Shown here piece after piece: positions 23,695 through 37,198 of a stretch of 64,000 nucleotides of DNA. How positions within the stretch are numbered: the stretch's first letter is position 1; each line of letters starts with the position of its first letter. Where the stretch lies: contig NC_135662.1 of NCBI RefSeq assembly GCF_964188315.1, positions 38,936,001 through 39,000,000 on the forward strand. Direction: 5' to 3'. Source of the DNA: Podarcis muralis. Taxonomy: Eukaryota. Made by a program: the position numbers and the translations under genes. Below the pieces are notes generated by a model. It was not told where the DNA came from, searched no databases, and worked only from the letters and a program-made list of their open reading frames with translations.

Positions 23695-23824
23695 CAGGGC
23701 TTTTTTTTTACAGCTGGAACTCAGTTCTGGCACCTCTCAGGTGGGTGCCATTGCTATTCTAAGAGAATGAGGGAGGTGTTCATGGTGAGTTCCGGCACCT
23801 CTTTTTCTAGAAAAAACAGTACTG
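23695..23824. mobile_element. hAT MITE
   Basis: Ends CAGGGCTTTTTT ... AAAAAACAGTACTG; target-site duplication (TSD) CCTAAAAT / CTTAAAAT. Confidence 0.7.
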
Positions 23825-25879
23825 CTTAAAATTAATCACAAAATTATATGGGTTTTATTTAGGGCAGCCACTTGCATATCACAAACAGATGAGGCTACAT
23901 ATTTGCATAAATTTGCAGGTGCTAACTGAGACGCATAGCTGCAGATTGAGAAATCATGGCTGAAATTTAACAATCCACTTCATCACTGGGGAGAAGACTG
24001 TGAGGGCTTGTCCACACTTCTGCTTGTCCTGTGCATAGAAAGCATGGGTCAAAGTAGTTTTCCTGTTGCCCCAGTCCTTTCCTGGGGAAAACTCGCTCTT
24101 CAGTGCTAAATCAGAGCAAATGTCAATCTGGAGAAAGTTTGAATTGCCGTTTGCTCCAATTGAGCACTAAAGAGCAGTTTTCCCCAAGGGAAAGCAGCAG
24201 GGATGAGAGGAAGGAAGTGTGGGTAAGCCCTGGGTGTGATCAGGTAACCTGTGTGCCTGCTCCGTCTGCTTGTCCAGGTGCTAACTATTGAAATGCAACT
24301 TCAAAGATTCTGCTCTCCCTGCTTATGGACATCTTTTCTTAAACTCTTCACATAGAAGATTGTTCTCTGACAGTCAGATAGAGCACTGTCTCTGTAAAGC
24401 ATTTGAGGACTCTGCTGAGGTCTCTGGGTGAATGGCTGTAGGAGAGTCTGTTACAGCTGCCTCCTATATAGATTCTAATAACCCGGCAAGCAGATTAAAA
24501 GTTGAGTCTCAAAAAACACTGCTGGTATTCAGGCACATGGCTGACTCACATATTGATCTTTGTGCTGGGGAGGCAGCCAAGCTAATCCATACAAAATCCC
24601 TCAAGGAGCTTGATCTCAACCAAGACAGATGTTATTTGCTTCTTGCTTAGGGTCAAGCTCAAAGTGATATGCTAGGAAAGAACAGCTTGCTAATTGGACC
24701 ATTGAAATCATTAGTGTTACTGTTTAAGGCCGTGAGCTGCCAGGAAGGAAAGGCAGCAGAAAGAAAAGTGGATGGTTCTGTGAAGCCTCATCAATTGCTT
24801 CCTTTAGGTCGGAACTTGCTCTATACAGTCTTCATGCTTAATAAACATGAAACCCTCCCTCTGGGGTCACTAACCTCTGTGCAGAACTGAAGGTTAGTCT
24901 GAAGCTCCTCAGACCACAGATAATTATGTTAAACAATGGAGGAAGGTCACGATAGGATTAAGTTAGGTTTCTCTCATATTTGCTGATACTGGGACCTCTT
25001 CAAAATGGTGGAGAGGTACTACACGGAAGACAACATACTCTGGCCTCTGCCATCAGCCAGGGAACCTCAGATCACAATCCCTTTTCCTTTTGCATCATTT
25101 CTTTTCGATTATAAGCATGAAGGTAGGGAAAGTGTTATTACTACTCATTCTAAAGCATTCTGGGAGCTTTTGCACAGGCTGAAGAGTAGGGTAAACAAAT
25201 AAAAATTAGCAACATCAAAGCTTACATTTTCCTAGTTCAGTACAAACAATACAACTCCAGATTTTAAATATGTAAGTGTGGCTGCTCTGAGCCAACCTCA
25301 GCTTGATTTGTTGGACCCTGATTTGGGCATTAACGTGGAAACATTTGCCTACCCATTATATAGTAACTGCTTAATGCCTTTCTTATGGTGGATGTAGATA
25401 CCATAGTCTCTGCCCTAGGCTGTACTCTGAGCTTTACCAAGCTTTCCTGAATAATTAGCAATTACATGAGGCTGGTCATAGAATCATAGCACTGTAGGGC
25501 TGGAATAATGCAATGCAGGAATAACCTCAGGTGTTGGAGGCTACAGTCAGAAGGCACCTCTCAACAGTTGTAGCTACCACACACTAAGGTATTAAGTGGC
25601 TACTGTGTCTTCTGTATGCAGCCTATTCAGCATTCACAGAGATAGTACTGATTTATGCAAGATACCTTGAACTGGGCCTGGTAGTTCACTGGCTATGTGA
25701 TCCCACCTCACTGCCCCAGGTGGTAAGTAGTAGACAGAATCTTCTGTTTTTCAATTGCATTTCCCAGTCAGGAGGGTTTTTATACTCAGGGCTTTTTTAG
25801 ACATCCATTTATTGAGCTTTGATCTTGAGTGGTTTGTAGGGAGATTAGATGTTGGCTACTTGATGAGTATTCACTCTGC

Positions 25880-26070
25880 TGTCTGAAAGACCTACATTGG
25901 TTCCCAGTACGTTTCCGAGCACAATTCAAAGCATTGGTGCTGACCTTTAAAGCCCTAAATGGCCTCGGCCCAGTATACCTGAAGGAGCATCTCCATCCCC
26001 ATTGTTCAGCCTGGACACGGAGGTTCAGCTCTGAGGGCCTTTTGGTGGTTCCCTCACTACAAGACGTAAG
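25880..26070 (+). mobile_element. L2 LINE ORF2 3' fragment
   Basis: Translates as LKDLHWFPVRFRAQFKALVLTFKALNGLGPVYLKEHL, the L2-clade C-terminus. Confidence 0.85.
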
Positions 26071-26109
26071 TGTTAGGTTTCTATTCCCCCACTGCACCTC
26101 AGATATGTG

Positions 26110-26267
26110 CAGTGGCGTAGCATGGGGGGTGCAGGGGGTGCCGGCCGCACCGGGCGCAACATCTGGGGTTAAGGCAAATCCACAGGTTAGGGGGTGCAAA
26201 TCCATGGGTTAGGGGGCGCAAATTACTTGCCTTGCCCCGGGTGCTGACAACCCATGCTACACCACTG
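26110..26267. mobile_element. hAT MITE with perfect 8-bp TSD
   Basis: TIRs CAGTGGCGTAGC / GCTACACCACTG; TSD GATATGTG on both sides. Confidence 0.9.
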
Positions 26268-26659
26268 GATATGTGGGACTGTTAACCATCACATGTCTGT
26301 ACATTCTAACACTAGCTGTTGGAGCACAAGAATGGATGTTTTGCATTTCACTGTTCCGTTTTCGTACTGCTGTTGTTCCCTTCTCTCTGAGAACAAGAAG
26401 GAGAGGAGACATGTTCCCTTTTGTTGTGAACTGTAAATAATAAAGTAGCTTTAGTGCCCCCGCCCCGGGCCTGGCTTCTGCTGATGTTTTGTTTACTCTG
26501 CTAATGTGTGCCCTACTGTCGGAAGACATCGGTCACGGAGTCCAGTCAGAAAGGAGACAGATGATTTCTCCGGACAGCACGCAGGAGGGAGAACCAGGCA
26601 GGCATGCATAATGGTATTTGGCTGGACACCCACCCTCCGGTTTGGACCGTATCCTGACA

Positions 26660-26886
26660 ATAAGGTTAAAGGGAACCAGACAGAGGGTCTTCTTGGTAGT
26701 GGCGCCCGCTCTGTGGAAAGCCCTCCTATCAGATGTCAAGGAAATAAACAACTATCTGACTTTTAGAAGACATCTGAAGGTAGCCCTGTATCAGGAAATT
26801 TTTAATTTCTGATGTTTTTACATTTTTTCATATGCTGTAAGGCGCCCAGAGTGTCTGGGGAAATCCAGCCAGATGGGTGGGGTATA

Positions 26887-26928
<42 letters not shown>
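26660..26928 (+). mobile_element. L2 LINE 3' end with (AAT)n tail
   Basis: RLKGTRQRVFLVVAPALWKAL...; ends ccagccagatgggtggggtataaat(aat)n. Confidence 0.85.
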
Positions 26929-27739
26929 CTGATGTGTTTTCGTGGAGGGTAGTTGACATTGCTTCAAAGCAAGCATTAACCCACCCTTGCCAGTGCATTT
27001 TCTTGTCACTTTCTCTATCTCAAAAAGGTCTGATCTTTTGGGGAAGTGGGTTTGTTGTGCAAGAGCTCCAAATCAACTTTCTTTGCACAACCTAAATTTG
27101 TTGGGATGTGACTGAATTCCACTGCAAAATAGTGACAATCTGGAAGTACCCTAGTCCCACCCCCTCTTGAAGGTGCTGGGATTATCAGCAGTCTGATATA
27201 TAGACAGGCTATAGCACTGGAAATTAAAATCTGTGCAGGAAAAAACACCATGATATATATTTGGCCATACTGTCATACGCATAATGGAGAGAGGCAATTT
27301 CCTTTATATTGGAGTCCACATACTTGTATTTGTTCCCTAAAAGCAAAGGGGAACATTATGTTCTCCTGCCTCCCATCAACTCCTGCAAAGTCCCAAAAGG
27401 AAACCTTCAATAGAAAAGATTGGCTGCGATACCAAGGAACAACGCTGAGCCAAGCAAAACTGCATTGCTGGGGATGCAGAATATGGCGACACATGACCAA
27501 CCCTGATATCTTTAAAATGAGGCTAGCAATGACTGTGAATCATGACAGACATATACTATCTGGACTCCAGTGAAAGGGATTTGAGCTGGCCCCACAACTG
27601 TGGAATTCAATCCTTTTGAAGATTACACAGGACCTTTCTATGGTAGTTTTAAGCAGGCCTTGAAGACCTCCCTCTTCTTATACATGCAGGTCCCACTATC
27701 CAAACACAAGACATTCTAAGGAAATTGTTTGTTAGGTTA

Positions 27740-28104
27740 AGGTAAAGGTAAAGGTACCCCTGACCATTAGGTCCAGTCGCGGACGACTCTGGGGTTGCGG
27801 CGCTCATCTCGCTCTATAGGCCAAGGGAGCTGGCGTTTGTCCGCAGACAGCTTCCAGGTCATGTGGCCAGCATGACTAAGCTGCTTCTGGACAACCAGAG
27901 CAGTGCACGGAAATGCCATTTACCTTCCCGCCGGAGTGGTACCTATTTATCTACTTGCACTTGATGTGCTTTCAAACTGCTAGGTGGGCAGGAGCTGGGG
28001 CCAAACAACAGGAACTCACCCCGTCACAGGGATTCGAACCACTGACCTTCTGATCGGCAAGCCCTAGGCTCTGTGGTTTAGACCACAGCGCCACTCGCGT
28101 CCCA
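27740..28104 (-). mobile_element. Sauria SINE, full length
   Basis: Minus strand starts GGGACGCGAGTGGCGCTGTGGTCTAAACCAC and ends in an (ACCTTT)n tail; 14-bp TSD TGTTTGTTAGGTTA at 27726-27739 and 28105-28118. Confidence 0.93.
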
Positions 28105-29319
28105 TGTTTGTTAGGTTAGTATTTGCATAATGAGTTGACAATTCCCCGTGATTCCTATGGGGAAATTTCTAATCTGTTTCTGACCATGGAATTTTGACCT
28201 GAAAATGATGGGGAAAAACTAGGAAAACCCTCTGAAACCTTGTGAAAGGCAAACGAAGAAAGGAAAAATGCTCTCTTATTTGTCTGATCTCTCCCCCTCT
28301 CCCCTCATGGTTTCTGGCAAAACAGCTGCTGTAGACCAGCAAAACACAAAAATGAAGGTTTGTTTAAAGCTGCTGGTTTGTTTACACAGGTCTGGCTGTT
28401 TGGATATCTGAATCTGCAGTATTTATAGTGAGGTTTGGGTACTAATTTCTCTTGTTTGAATAAGTGAAATTTCATATAACAAGCATCGGGATAGAGAGAC
28501 CTGCTTGTAAATCATTTAACTAATAAACGAATGCATCAAAAGCTCCAGAATCAGAGGCAGCATTCTGAATGCCAGTTGGTGGAGAATAAGAAAAGGAGAA
28601 GCCAGTTCCCATAGACATCTGGTTGGTCACTATGGACAACAGGATGCTGGGCTAGACAGGTTGTTGGTCTGATCCAGTGGGGATCCTCTTATTGCCACTT
28701 GCTGCCTTAACCCCAACACTCAACTGCTGGCTTCTAATTTCCTCTTGTCAGCAGGAGTGGGAAGATTTAGTTGTTTCATGTACCATATTTAGAAGCCATG
28801 TTCCATTTAGGGCAAATGGAAACTATTAGGCTGCCACTTCCCCCTGCCTTTAACACTTAACAGATGCATGACCACTAGCCATTCAGTAAGAGCAGTCTTC
28901 GGTGCATCTCCTTGCCAGGAAACACAGAACCTCAGTCAGTGTGGGAGGAGAGATCTCAATAATAGGTACAATCCACAGCTGAACACTTGCACAATTTCTA
29001 TTTATTTCAATGAGGGTCTGCAGGAAGAGATTCCATCAGCTTTGGCCGCAGACATTCCTGGGCTGGGATAGCTTGACCATAGCAGTCCAGGCCCTGGTAA
29101 CTTCATGACTGGAATGCTGCCATGCACTCTCTGTGGGGCTCCCCTTGTGGCTGGTGCAGAAGCTGCAGTTACTGCAGAATGTTGCAGCATGATTGGTGAC
29201 AGTATATTAAAACTTCTGCTCAAAGACCTGCATCAGCTGCTGATCTGCTACAAGATATTCTGATTAGCATATAGAGCCTGATCAGCTTGGGCCCAGTATA
29301 CTTGGGGAATCATCTTACC

Positions 29320-29455
29320 CAGGCTTCCTCAACCTTGGACCTCCAGTTGTTTTTGGCCTACAACTCCCATGATCCCTAGCTAGCAGGACCAGTGATCAGG
29401 GATGATGGGAATTGTAGTCCCAAGACATCTGGAGGGCCGAGGTTGAGGAAGCCTG
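29320..29455. mobile_element. hAT MITE with perfect 8-bp TSD
   Basis: TIRs CAGGCTTCCTCAACCT / AGGTTGAGGAAGCCTG; TSD ATCTTACC. Confidence 0.92.
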
Positions 29456-29755
29456 ATCTTACCCCTATTTGACTGCTTTAATCTGCAGAGCTAGCACTTT
29501 TTAAAGTGCCATGTTCATTTGGTATCTGTGAGGAGTCCATCTTTAGTGTAGCAGCACATGTGCTCTGGACTTCCTGGTCTATGAACACTGAGCAGGAATT
29601 GTCCTTCTATTGTTTTAGACCCCAGCTATAATGTTTTTATTTCAGCCAACTTGTTCAAACTTGTAATTCAGTTATGTAGACTTTTTTTTAAACCTTTTTT
29701 GATTGTATTTGTTTATTGTTGAGAATTTGTATATTACTGATGCATTGCTGAATAC

Positions 29756-29845
29756 CGTAGCTGTCAACTTTCCCCTTTGTTTAAGGAAAATTCCCTTATT
29801 CCGAATAGGATTCCTCACAAGAAAAGGGAAACGTTGACAGCTATG
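29756..29845. mobile_element. 90-bp hAT MITE with perfect 8-bp TSD
   Basis: TIRs CGTAGCTGTCAAC / GTTGACAGCTATG; TSD CTGAATAC. Confidence 0.9.
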
Positions 29846-32694
29846 CTGAATACAGAGGAGAGTCCAAAATGATTCAGGACACAATCTAATGTTAAGTTCA
29901 GCTGACAAAGAGGTTATAGAATACTATGCTGGAGTGCCAGCTATATTGCCATTGTGACAGATATGTTCAAACTGTTTAAATATTGTGATTTAATTGTAAT
30001 CCACTCTGGGACCTTAGGTTGAAGGGCAGGTTAATAATAGCAATAATATGGTGGCAACGTGTGCAAAATACACTAGGTGTATTTGTAGCAAAGCTACACT
30101 GAGGGAATAGTTGAAATGGGGGTGGGCAGAGTTGTGGGGAAGACATGGGCAGCACAGGGTGAAGCACCATTATTAGCCTGTCTGCAATGTACACATCTCA
30201 GATTAACCATGGCTTATGTTTTCAAATGATATGGAACCTGGCCTGAGGGTGAACACATCAAACAGTAGTAGAAGCCACATTTGAATTGTTGGTAATATCA
30301 TATGTAAAGTACTTTGCTTCAAACACCAGCAGTGGTAATGCACTGAATGGCAATGTGCACACAGCCTAAGGCAAAACCAGGAACCTTGGGCAAGGATTAA
30401 AGGGTTGATTCAGAGTCTGTATTCTAGGGCCACAGTTAACGACAGTGGGCTCCCTTGAGTGAACCTGTTATAGCAAGATAGAATATGCACTACTGTACAA
30501 ATAATAATGTAGCAGAAAACACCTGAACAATATGAAATGGTTCACATTCAAGGCATTCATCAGTTATCTATAGAGAAAATTATCAAATTCTGCTTTCAAT
30601 CTCACTTAAAATAAACTCAGAAGAGAAAAGCAAAATGCAACAAGAAGTCACTTACACTGTAAAATTATAAACAGAAAAAATGGAAGTGTGTGGTATTTAT
30701 TCCCCAAACTATAGCCTGGCATATAATAAATGCAAAACAGAAATGCCAAAATAATACTGGATTGTTCTTTCATAGACTGTGATAATAAACACTGCTTAGT
30801 ATGAATTAGGCCAAACAAAGCAACAAAGCTATTTTAACTGACCTATTTTAACCTCACCAGCATTTGCAAATAAAAGCTAGATGTAACCGACTCAAAGAGC
30901 TAAACTAAGTCTCATGATGAATATTTTAAAAGGTCTTTAAATGTCACCTAGTAAGGCTTAAAATATTTCTTTAGCAATTTAGATTGTGGAAATGTGAATA
31001 AGCATACAGTATATGTAAATTTACCTAATGAAAGGATAAAAATCCTTCTGTTTATGTAGGGATTTAAAGCTATTGATCCAGCTACTCCATCTCTGTGGGT
31101 AAAATACTAAGATGGAGAAGAAAAAGGGAAATGGAGTCTGGGGAAGGGAGAATAAGTCCAATAGGAACCTGGCCAAGGGGTCAGTACCAGAGAGGATTAA
31201 CCTAGAAACTAATAAAGTAACGTCATTGTCGGATAGCAAAGAACGAGGTTAGGATTAAGTGAAATAAACTAGAAACAAAAACAATTTCAGGCTGCTAGAA
31301 TCCAAGTCCGGGAGTCTTGGTAGGATTTGAAACCTAGACTGTCAAGTAGACAATAGGCAGTTAATGTCCTGTGGAAATATTAGAAAGCAACAGGAAGAGG
31401 CTTCAGGATCTGATACAGGCTTAGAGTGTCCTAAAGCGGAAGGAAGGAAGTAGGTTATAAGGTGAAGCAAGGGCAGTGTATGTTTACATGGACAGAGAAT
31501 TACTGCAGGAACATCACTACAGCCCAGACATTCTGTACTACTTCCTTGCCCCACCTCTTCTGCACTCATAAAACAAAATAATTCAACTGGATTGATTTCA
31601 ATGTGGCAAATTAGCTTCTTTGAATATAGTTCTCTCCTTGATAAAATAAAGAATGTCAGAGGAAAAGGTTGGAGGGATTCCTTTTTGGGCAGTTTTATAG
31701 AGAGGAGTGGGGTTGCTTTCTAGAGGCAGGGTGTGTGTGCATAGAGTATAGAAGTCCTCACTTTTGGCCACCGGAAAACCCCATCAAAATGACTCTCCAC
31801 TCCAGCAGTACCACTTCTTAAAATTATTGAATTCCTTTCTGTAGCAATGAGGACTAGAAATGTGCAGTTTAAAAATGAAAGGTGGAGTCCTTAGGAATTG
31901 GTGACATATAAGGGCTCCTGATTGGAAGGGAGAGTCAGTGATTCAAGGCACGCCTGGTGTCACACAAAGGCTGTGTTGTGGGCTTGCTGTCTGATTTTTG
32001 TGAACAGGTCTGCTACTGTGGTTTTTGCAAAAAAAAGTTTCCAGATGGATGCTGAGATTTGACAAAAGAACATCAGTGTTCCTTGAATGGTTGTGGATGA
32101 TCTGCTGAATGAGCAATGCACCTGTAGTGCAGGACTCAGAGAGAGATGCTTAGCAGATAACTGGGTGGGGAAAAGGAGGAATTAAATATAGAAACAGGAA
32201 AGTGGTGAAGAATGCTATAGTGTTTGCAATTTACAGCACTACTTCTCTTTCTTAAGCACTGCAGCTTTTAAATTTTTTATCATGACTTCATAGGTGGAGA
32301 AACTGACACAGCAGCAGCTTCCTAAACTCATGGCAAAATAAAATTCTTGTGTTTGATCTAGGAATCAATTGAGAGCACATGCATTACTCCCTTTAACAGT
32401 AAACTCAGTGCTTCTGTAAGGACTGACACGGAGCTAAAATGAGACCACCAAGAAGTAAGAAAATCAAGTTTTAAAAGGCACTACTGGACTCATTTTCCAT
32501 GCTGGCGAAAGACCTGAACAGGGCCCTAACTATACATTATGATTTTGCAGCAATCTTTTTTATTGCTGTTATCACGTATAGGAGAAATCACATTGTAGAC
32601 ATTGCCACCTCTCTCTGAACCAAGCATTAGTGATGCAACAGCATTAATTTAACTCATTGCCCCTCTCTTTTCGTTATTCCAAACTTTTTCTTAC

Positions 32695-32805
32695 CTTGAA
32701 AAACAGCTGAGCTGTGGTGTCTTCATTTTCATCTTCTGTATTTGTGCTCTGTGTCCTGAAGGAAAATAGATATTGCCTCCACACTGATAGGTCATAAAAG
32801 GGCAT
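32695..32805 (-). CDS. RGS20: RGS20 long-isoform first coding exon (MPFYDLSVWRQYLFSFRTQSTNTEDENEDTTAQLFFK)
   Basis: 111 nt, donor AAG|gtaaga, phase 0. SVWRQYLFSFRTQSTNT resembles human long-isoform SIWTQFLPLFRAQRYNT. Confidence 0.75.
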
Positions 32806-34962
32806 ATTTCTAAATCCAATTCCACACTCCGTTCTCTTTGGAAAATGTCAGGGTTTTTTTTATAGAAAATATACTTCAAATCCAGACACTGAAGCAAATG
32901 AAAGCAGCGTAAGATTAACTTCTCCTTGCATCAATGGGACAAGTATCTGATTCTCTTGAAGTTTATTCAATCTTTCCTGCACTGCTTACAGCTGGGAGGG
33001 CAAACAGGATTATCTGTTGTCTGTGCAGCGCCTTTGAATTCCACAAAGTATTAGTCCAAGTATTAGTGGATTGCTTTAGCTTGGTGATTGCAAGTTGATA
33101 AAGATTCTAAAACAACAACAATAAGAAAAATGAATCCTGATACAGAATATCTGATGAAGCATCTAAACTCATTGTAGCCGTGACAATTAACACTGAGAGC
33201 AAAGCAGCATTGTTCAGTGAATTGGTTTTTACGTGTAGTCCTGTACAGAAAAGATTAGGCATAAGGATGACACAGTTCCACAGGGATTGGAACGTGACAC
33301 TGAACTGCTGAGTCCAACTTAGACCAGTGGTATTTGTCATTCAGAGTAGCCAACAGATTTAACTAATCCTTCCTGTCTAAATGAAAAGGTGACTTTAGCG
33401 ATATAAGTGAACACTGAAAAACTTCAGGTAGCTTATTAATAGGTCTTTGATCCTAGCTTAAATAGCACAGAAATAATTTCTCTCTCTCTACAAATAAGAC
33501 CTGATTAACCGGTTGCATTAAACCACACCATTTAAATTATATGTATCCATCATCCATTCTGCCTAAAGGTGGGAGCAGAAGACTACAGAATGAAAACCAG
33601 GTTAAATTGTCATAATGGATTCATTCATTAGAACCTGTTAATGATATGACCACTTTAGTCTGTCAGCAATACTTTCATAATTATATTTGTGACAAATTGG
33701 TGCCCTTTGGTTTCGCTCTGTTCTGTGCTTGCTATAATCTAATTACAGCAGCACAGTCTTTCGCAGACATTATGTTTTGCAGAACAAAATCCCTGTTAGC
33801 TCAGCTTTTGAGAGTGATTTATATATTTGGTGCATTTTTATGTATTATGTTGTACAGGAGGCTGCATGGTAGTGTGGGGGTTGTGTTGGACGTAGACCAA
33901 AGAGAGAGAGAGACAGGCTACCCTGTGGCCTACCAAATATTGTTGGGCTTCAAGCCAGCATGCCATTGGGTCAAGGATGGTGGGAGCTGTAGTCTAGTGA
34001 CTCCTGGAGAGCCACAAGTTCCACACCCTTGCATAAGTCAAGTCTGTTGGCACCCTTAACACCATGAAGGGTGGGGACTAACAGTTAGATGGGCTGACCC
34101 CAAGTTATTTTATACATTCTGGGTGAGATCCAAGATCACACCAGCAAAAGTGACCAGTCTTGCCCTTCCTCTCCTTTTCAGCCTTCTCCCCATACTTTGC
34201 TCTAGAGGGCCACCAACTCCCTGGAGCAGATTTGGAGACTGAACAGCCGGCTGCAAGAGTGGAGACGAAGGGGAAGTCTTGTTTGCACAAGCAGATCAGT
34301 TGCACAAGTGGGGATTACCCTCAAGGCCCTGTCTATCCCCCAATAACACACATGGGAGGAAGTGATGTGGAAGAACATGTGCACACAGGAAAGAACCATG
34401 TGTGCAATTGGAATTTAGTGGCAGTAGGTTTAGCAAGCCAGACAACCCAAGTGATTGTCTTTCCAGGAACTAAAACACCTGCAGCTACAGCAGCAAAACA
34501 AAGCTTGAGAACTGTTGATGTTTTGTCATATACTGTAATCAAATGAAAACATATGAAGGCATACATCAGGAAATACGGAATATTGTTTCATCTCATTAAA
34601 TTGCAATTTGTGTTTGGTGAAAGTATTTGAAGTTTTGCTTTTGCTGTAATAATAATAAAAAAATATCATATTATTGAGCTTTGTTCCATGTTAGCAGTTC
34701 CCACCGGAAGGTGTGCCGTTGGTTTACATTACATTAACTGAAATATGTCATTAGAAGACTGATACTCTGCCTAATCGCAACCCTGTACCTGGCCATTAGT
34801 CTCACTGAATTAGGTGCAATCCAGAGAAACAGAGAGCGAGCTCTTTGTGTATAGTGGGCCTTTGATTTCAATTTCTGAACATTTACTTTCCAAAATGCAC
34901 AAGAGGGATTGTTATTATTATTATTACTTGAAATAATGGGATGCACAGCTATAATAATAATG

Positions 34963-35158
34963 CAGTGGTACCTCGGTTCTTGAACTTAATCCATTCCAGA
35001 AGTCCGTTTGGTGCAGGTGCCCCAGAAACAATAGCCAACAGCCGCATCGGAAGTTCGGCTTCTGAAAAATGTTTGAAAACCGGAACACTTCCGGGTTTTC
35101 AGTGTTTGGGAGTCGATTTGTTAGTCAACTAAGCCATTCGAGAACCAAGGTTCCACTG
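34963..35158. mobile_element. Tc1/mariner-type MITE
   Basis: TIRs CAGTGGTACCTCGG / CCAAGGTTCCACTG; TA on the right flank. Confidence 0.85.
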
Positions 35159-35778
35159 TAATAACAATTTTATTATTTATTCCCCACCCATGTGGCTGAA
35201 TTGTCATCTCATCACCACCCTTACCAAGTATCCCCCCATACTAACCCTCTAGGACTTCTCCTTCCTACTTTATGCAACTGCCACACTCACTTTTCATCTT
35301 TCCAACCCCATTTCTGATGCCAATTCTCTCATCTGTTCTGCAGCCCCACATGCCTTCTCTCCTCCCCCTCGCACACAAGCCATGGCGACCTTCTGCATCT
35401 TTCTCCTCGTTACTAAGCTCCCTTTTCAACTTCTGTCCAATTATGAAACCACCATTCCCTCCTATTCTGCAGACCCTTTCACGTCCCTGCTTTCATATTC
35501 AACTGCATTCCGCATTCTGTGTGTCCTACTCTCTCCTTTCTTGCAACCACTTTGCACAGAGTATGGGAAACGAAGCAAGATAAATTTGAATTCTTAATAC
35601 AGTATACCAAATATTAGGAAATATTTTCCAAGTTATGAAAAGAGGTGGTAAGGGAACATCTAGCTATTTCAAAAGATTTAAAATCTCCAAGGCCTTATGA
35701 GCTGTATCCAAAGGTACTAAAGGCAGTGCTTTTTTTCTATAAAAAAAAATTTGGGGGGTACTCTCATTTTCCTACTCA

Positions 35779-36953
35779 GTATGCAGACGATACCCAGCTC
35801 TACCTCTCTTTTAAATCAGAACCAGTGAAGGCTGTGAAGGTCCTGTGTGAGTGCCTGGAGGCAGTTGGAGGATAGCGGCTAACAGATTGAGGTTGAATCC
35901 TGACAAGGCTGTTTTCGGGGAGCAGGTGTGGGTGACTCCCTGGTCCTGAATGGGGCAACTGTGCCCCTGAAGGAGCAGGTGTGCAGCCTGGGACTCATAT
36001 TGGACTCACAGCTGTCCATGGAGGCGCAGGTCAATTCTGTGTCCAGGGCAGCTGTCTACCAGCTCCATCTGGTACGCAGGCTGAGACCCTACCTGCCCAC
36101 AGACTGTCTTGCCAGAGTGGTGCATGCTCTGGTTATCTCCCGCTTGGACTACTGCAATGCGCTCTACGTGTGGCTACCTTTGAAGATGACTCGGAAACTG
36201 CAATTAATCCAGAATGCGGCAGCTAGACTGGTGACTGGGAGTGGCCGCCGGGACCATATAACACCCATCCTGAGAGATCTGCATTGGCTCCCAGTACATT
36301 TCCAAGCACAATTCAAAGTGTTGGTGCTGACCTTTAAAGCCCTAAATGGCCTTGGTCCTGTATACCTGAAGGAGCGTCTCCACACCCATCATTCAGCCTG
36401 GACACTGAGATCCAGTGCCAAGGGCCTTCTGGTGGTTCCCTCACTGTGAGAAGTGAGGTTACAGGGAACCAGGCAGAAGGCCTTCTCGGTAGTGGCACCT
36501 GCACTGTGGAATGCCCTCCCACCAGATGTAAAGGAAATAAGCAACTACAGTGGTACCTCGGGTTACATCTGCTTCAGGTTACATGTGTGTCAGGTTACAG
36601 ACTCCGCTAACCCAGAAATATTACCTTGGGTTAAGAACTTTGCTTGAGGATGAGAACAGAAATCATGCAGCGGTGGTGCAGCAGCAGGAGGCCCCATTAG
36701 CTAAAGTGGTGCTTCAGGTTAGAAACAGTTTCAGGTTAAGAATGGACCTCCAGAACAAATTAAGTTCTTAATCCGAAGTACCACTGTATCCTACTTTTAA
36801 AAGACATTGGAAGGAAGCCCTGTTTAGGGAAGTTTTTAATGTTTAATGCTGTATTGTGTTTTTAATATTTGATTGGGAGCTGCCCAGAGTGGCTGGGGAA
36901 ACCCAGCCAGAAGGGCGGGGTATAAATAATTATTATTATTACTATTATTATTA
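35779..36953 (+). mobile_element. 5'-truncated L2 LINE (RT C-terminus plus 3' tail)
   Basis: YADDTQLY...SRLDYCNALY...LHWLPVHFQAQFKVLVLTFKAL; (TTA)n tail; 10-bp TSD TTCCTACTCA at 35769-35778 and 36954-36963. Confidence 0.92.
36548..36786. mobile_element. Tc1/mariner MITE inside L2
   Basis: TIRs CAGTGGTACCTCGG / CCGAAGTACCACTG; TA TSD. Confidence 0.92.
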
Positions 36954-37198
36954 TTCCTACTCACATTGAAATACTGCCCCTCAATGAGGCCAAACTTAGA
37001 TTCACAAAATGTTTAGGGGTATGCGCACCCCTGCATCCCCCCAGAAAAAAGCACTGACTACAGGAGTTTGCAGATGTAATCTCAGAGCCACTGTCTATAA
37101 CTTTTGAGAATTCTTTGAGAACAGGTGAGGTCCCTGCAGATTGGAGACAGGTAAAATAAAACCCAAGTAACTACCAACCAGTTAGCTTGATGTCAATA

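Larger units (their letters stand above)
35724..37056. mobile_element. hAT MITE (split by an L2 insertion) inside CR1
   Basis: TIRs CAGTGCTTTTTTTCT / AGAAAAAAGCACTG; TSD ACTAAAGG / ACTACAGG. Confidence 0.85.

Noticed and set aside
27980-28104. tRNA-like A/B-box sequences (also 56984-57070 and 52860-52944)
   Set aside because: These are SINE heads, not tRNA genes.
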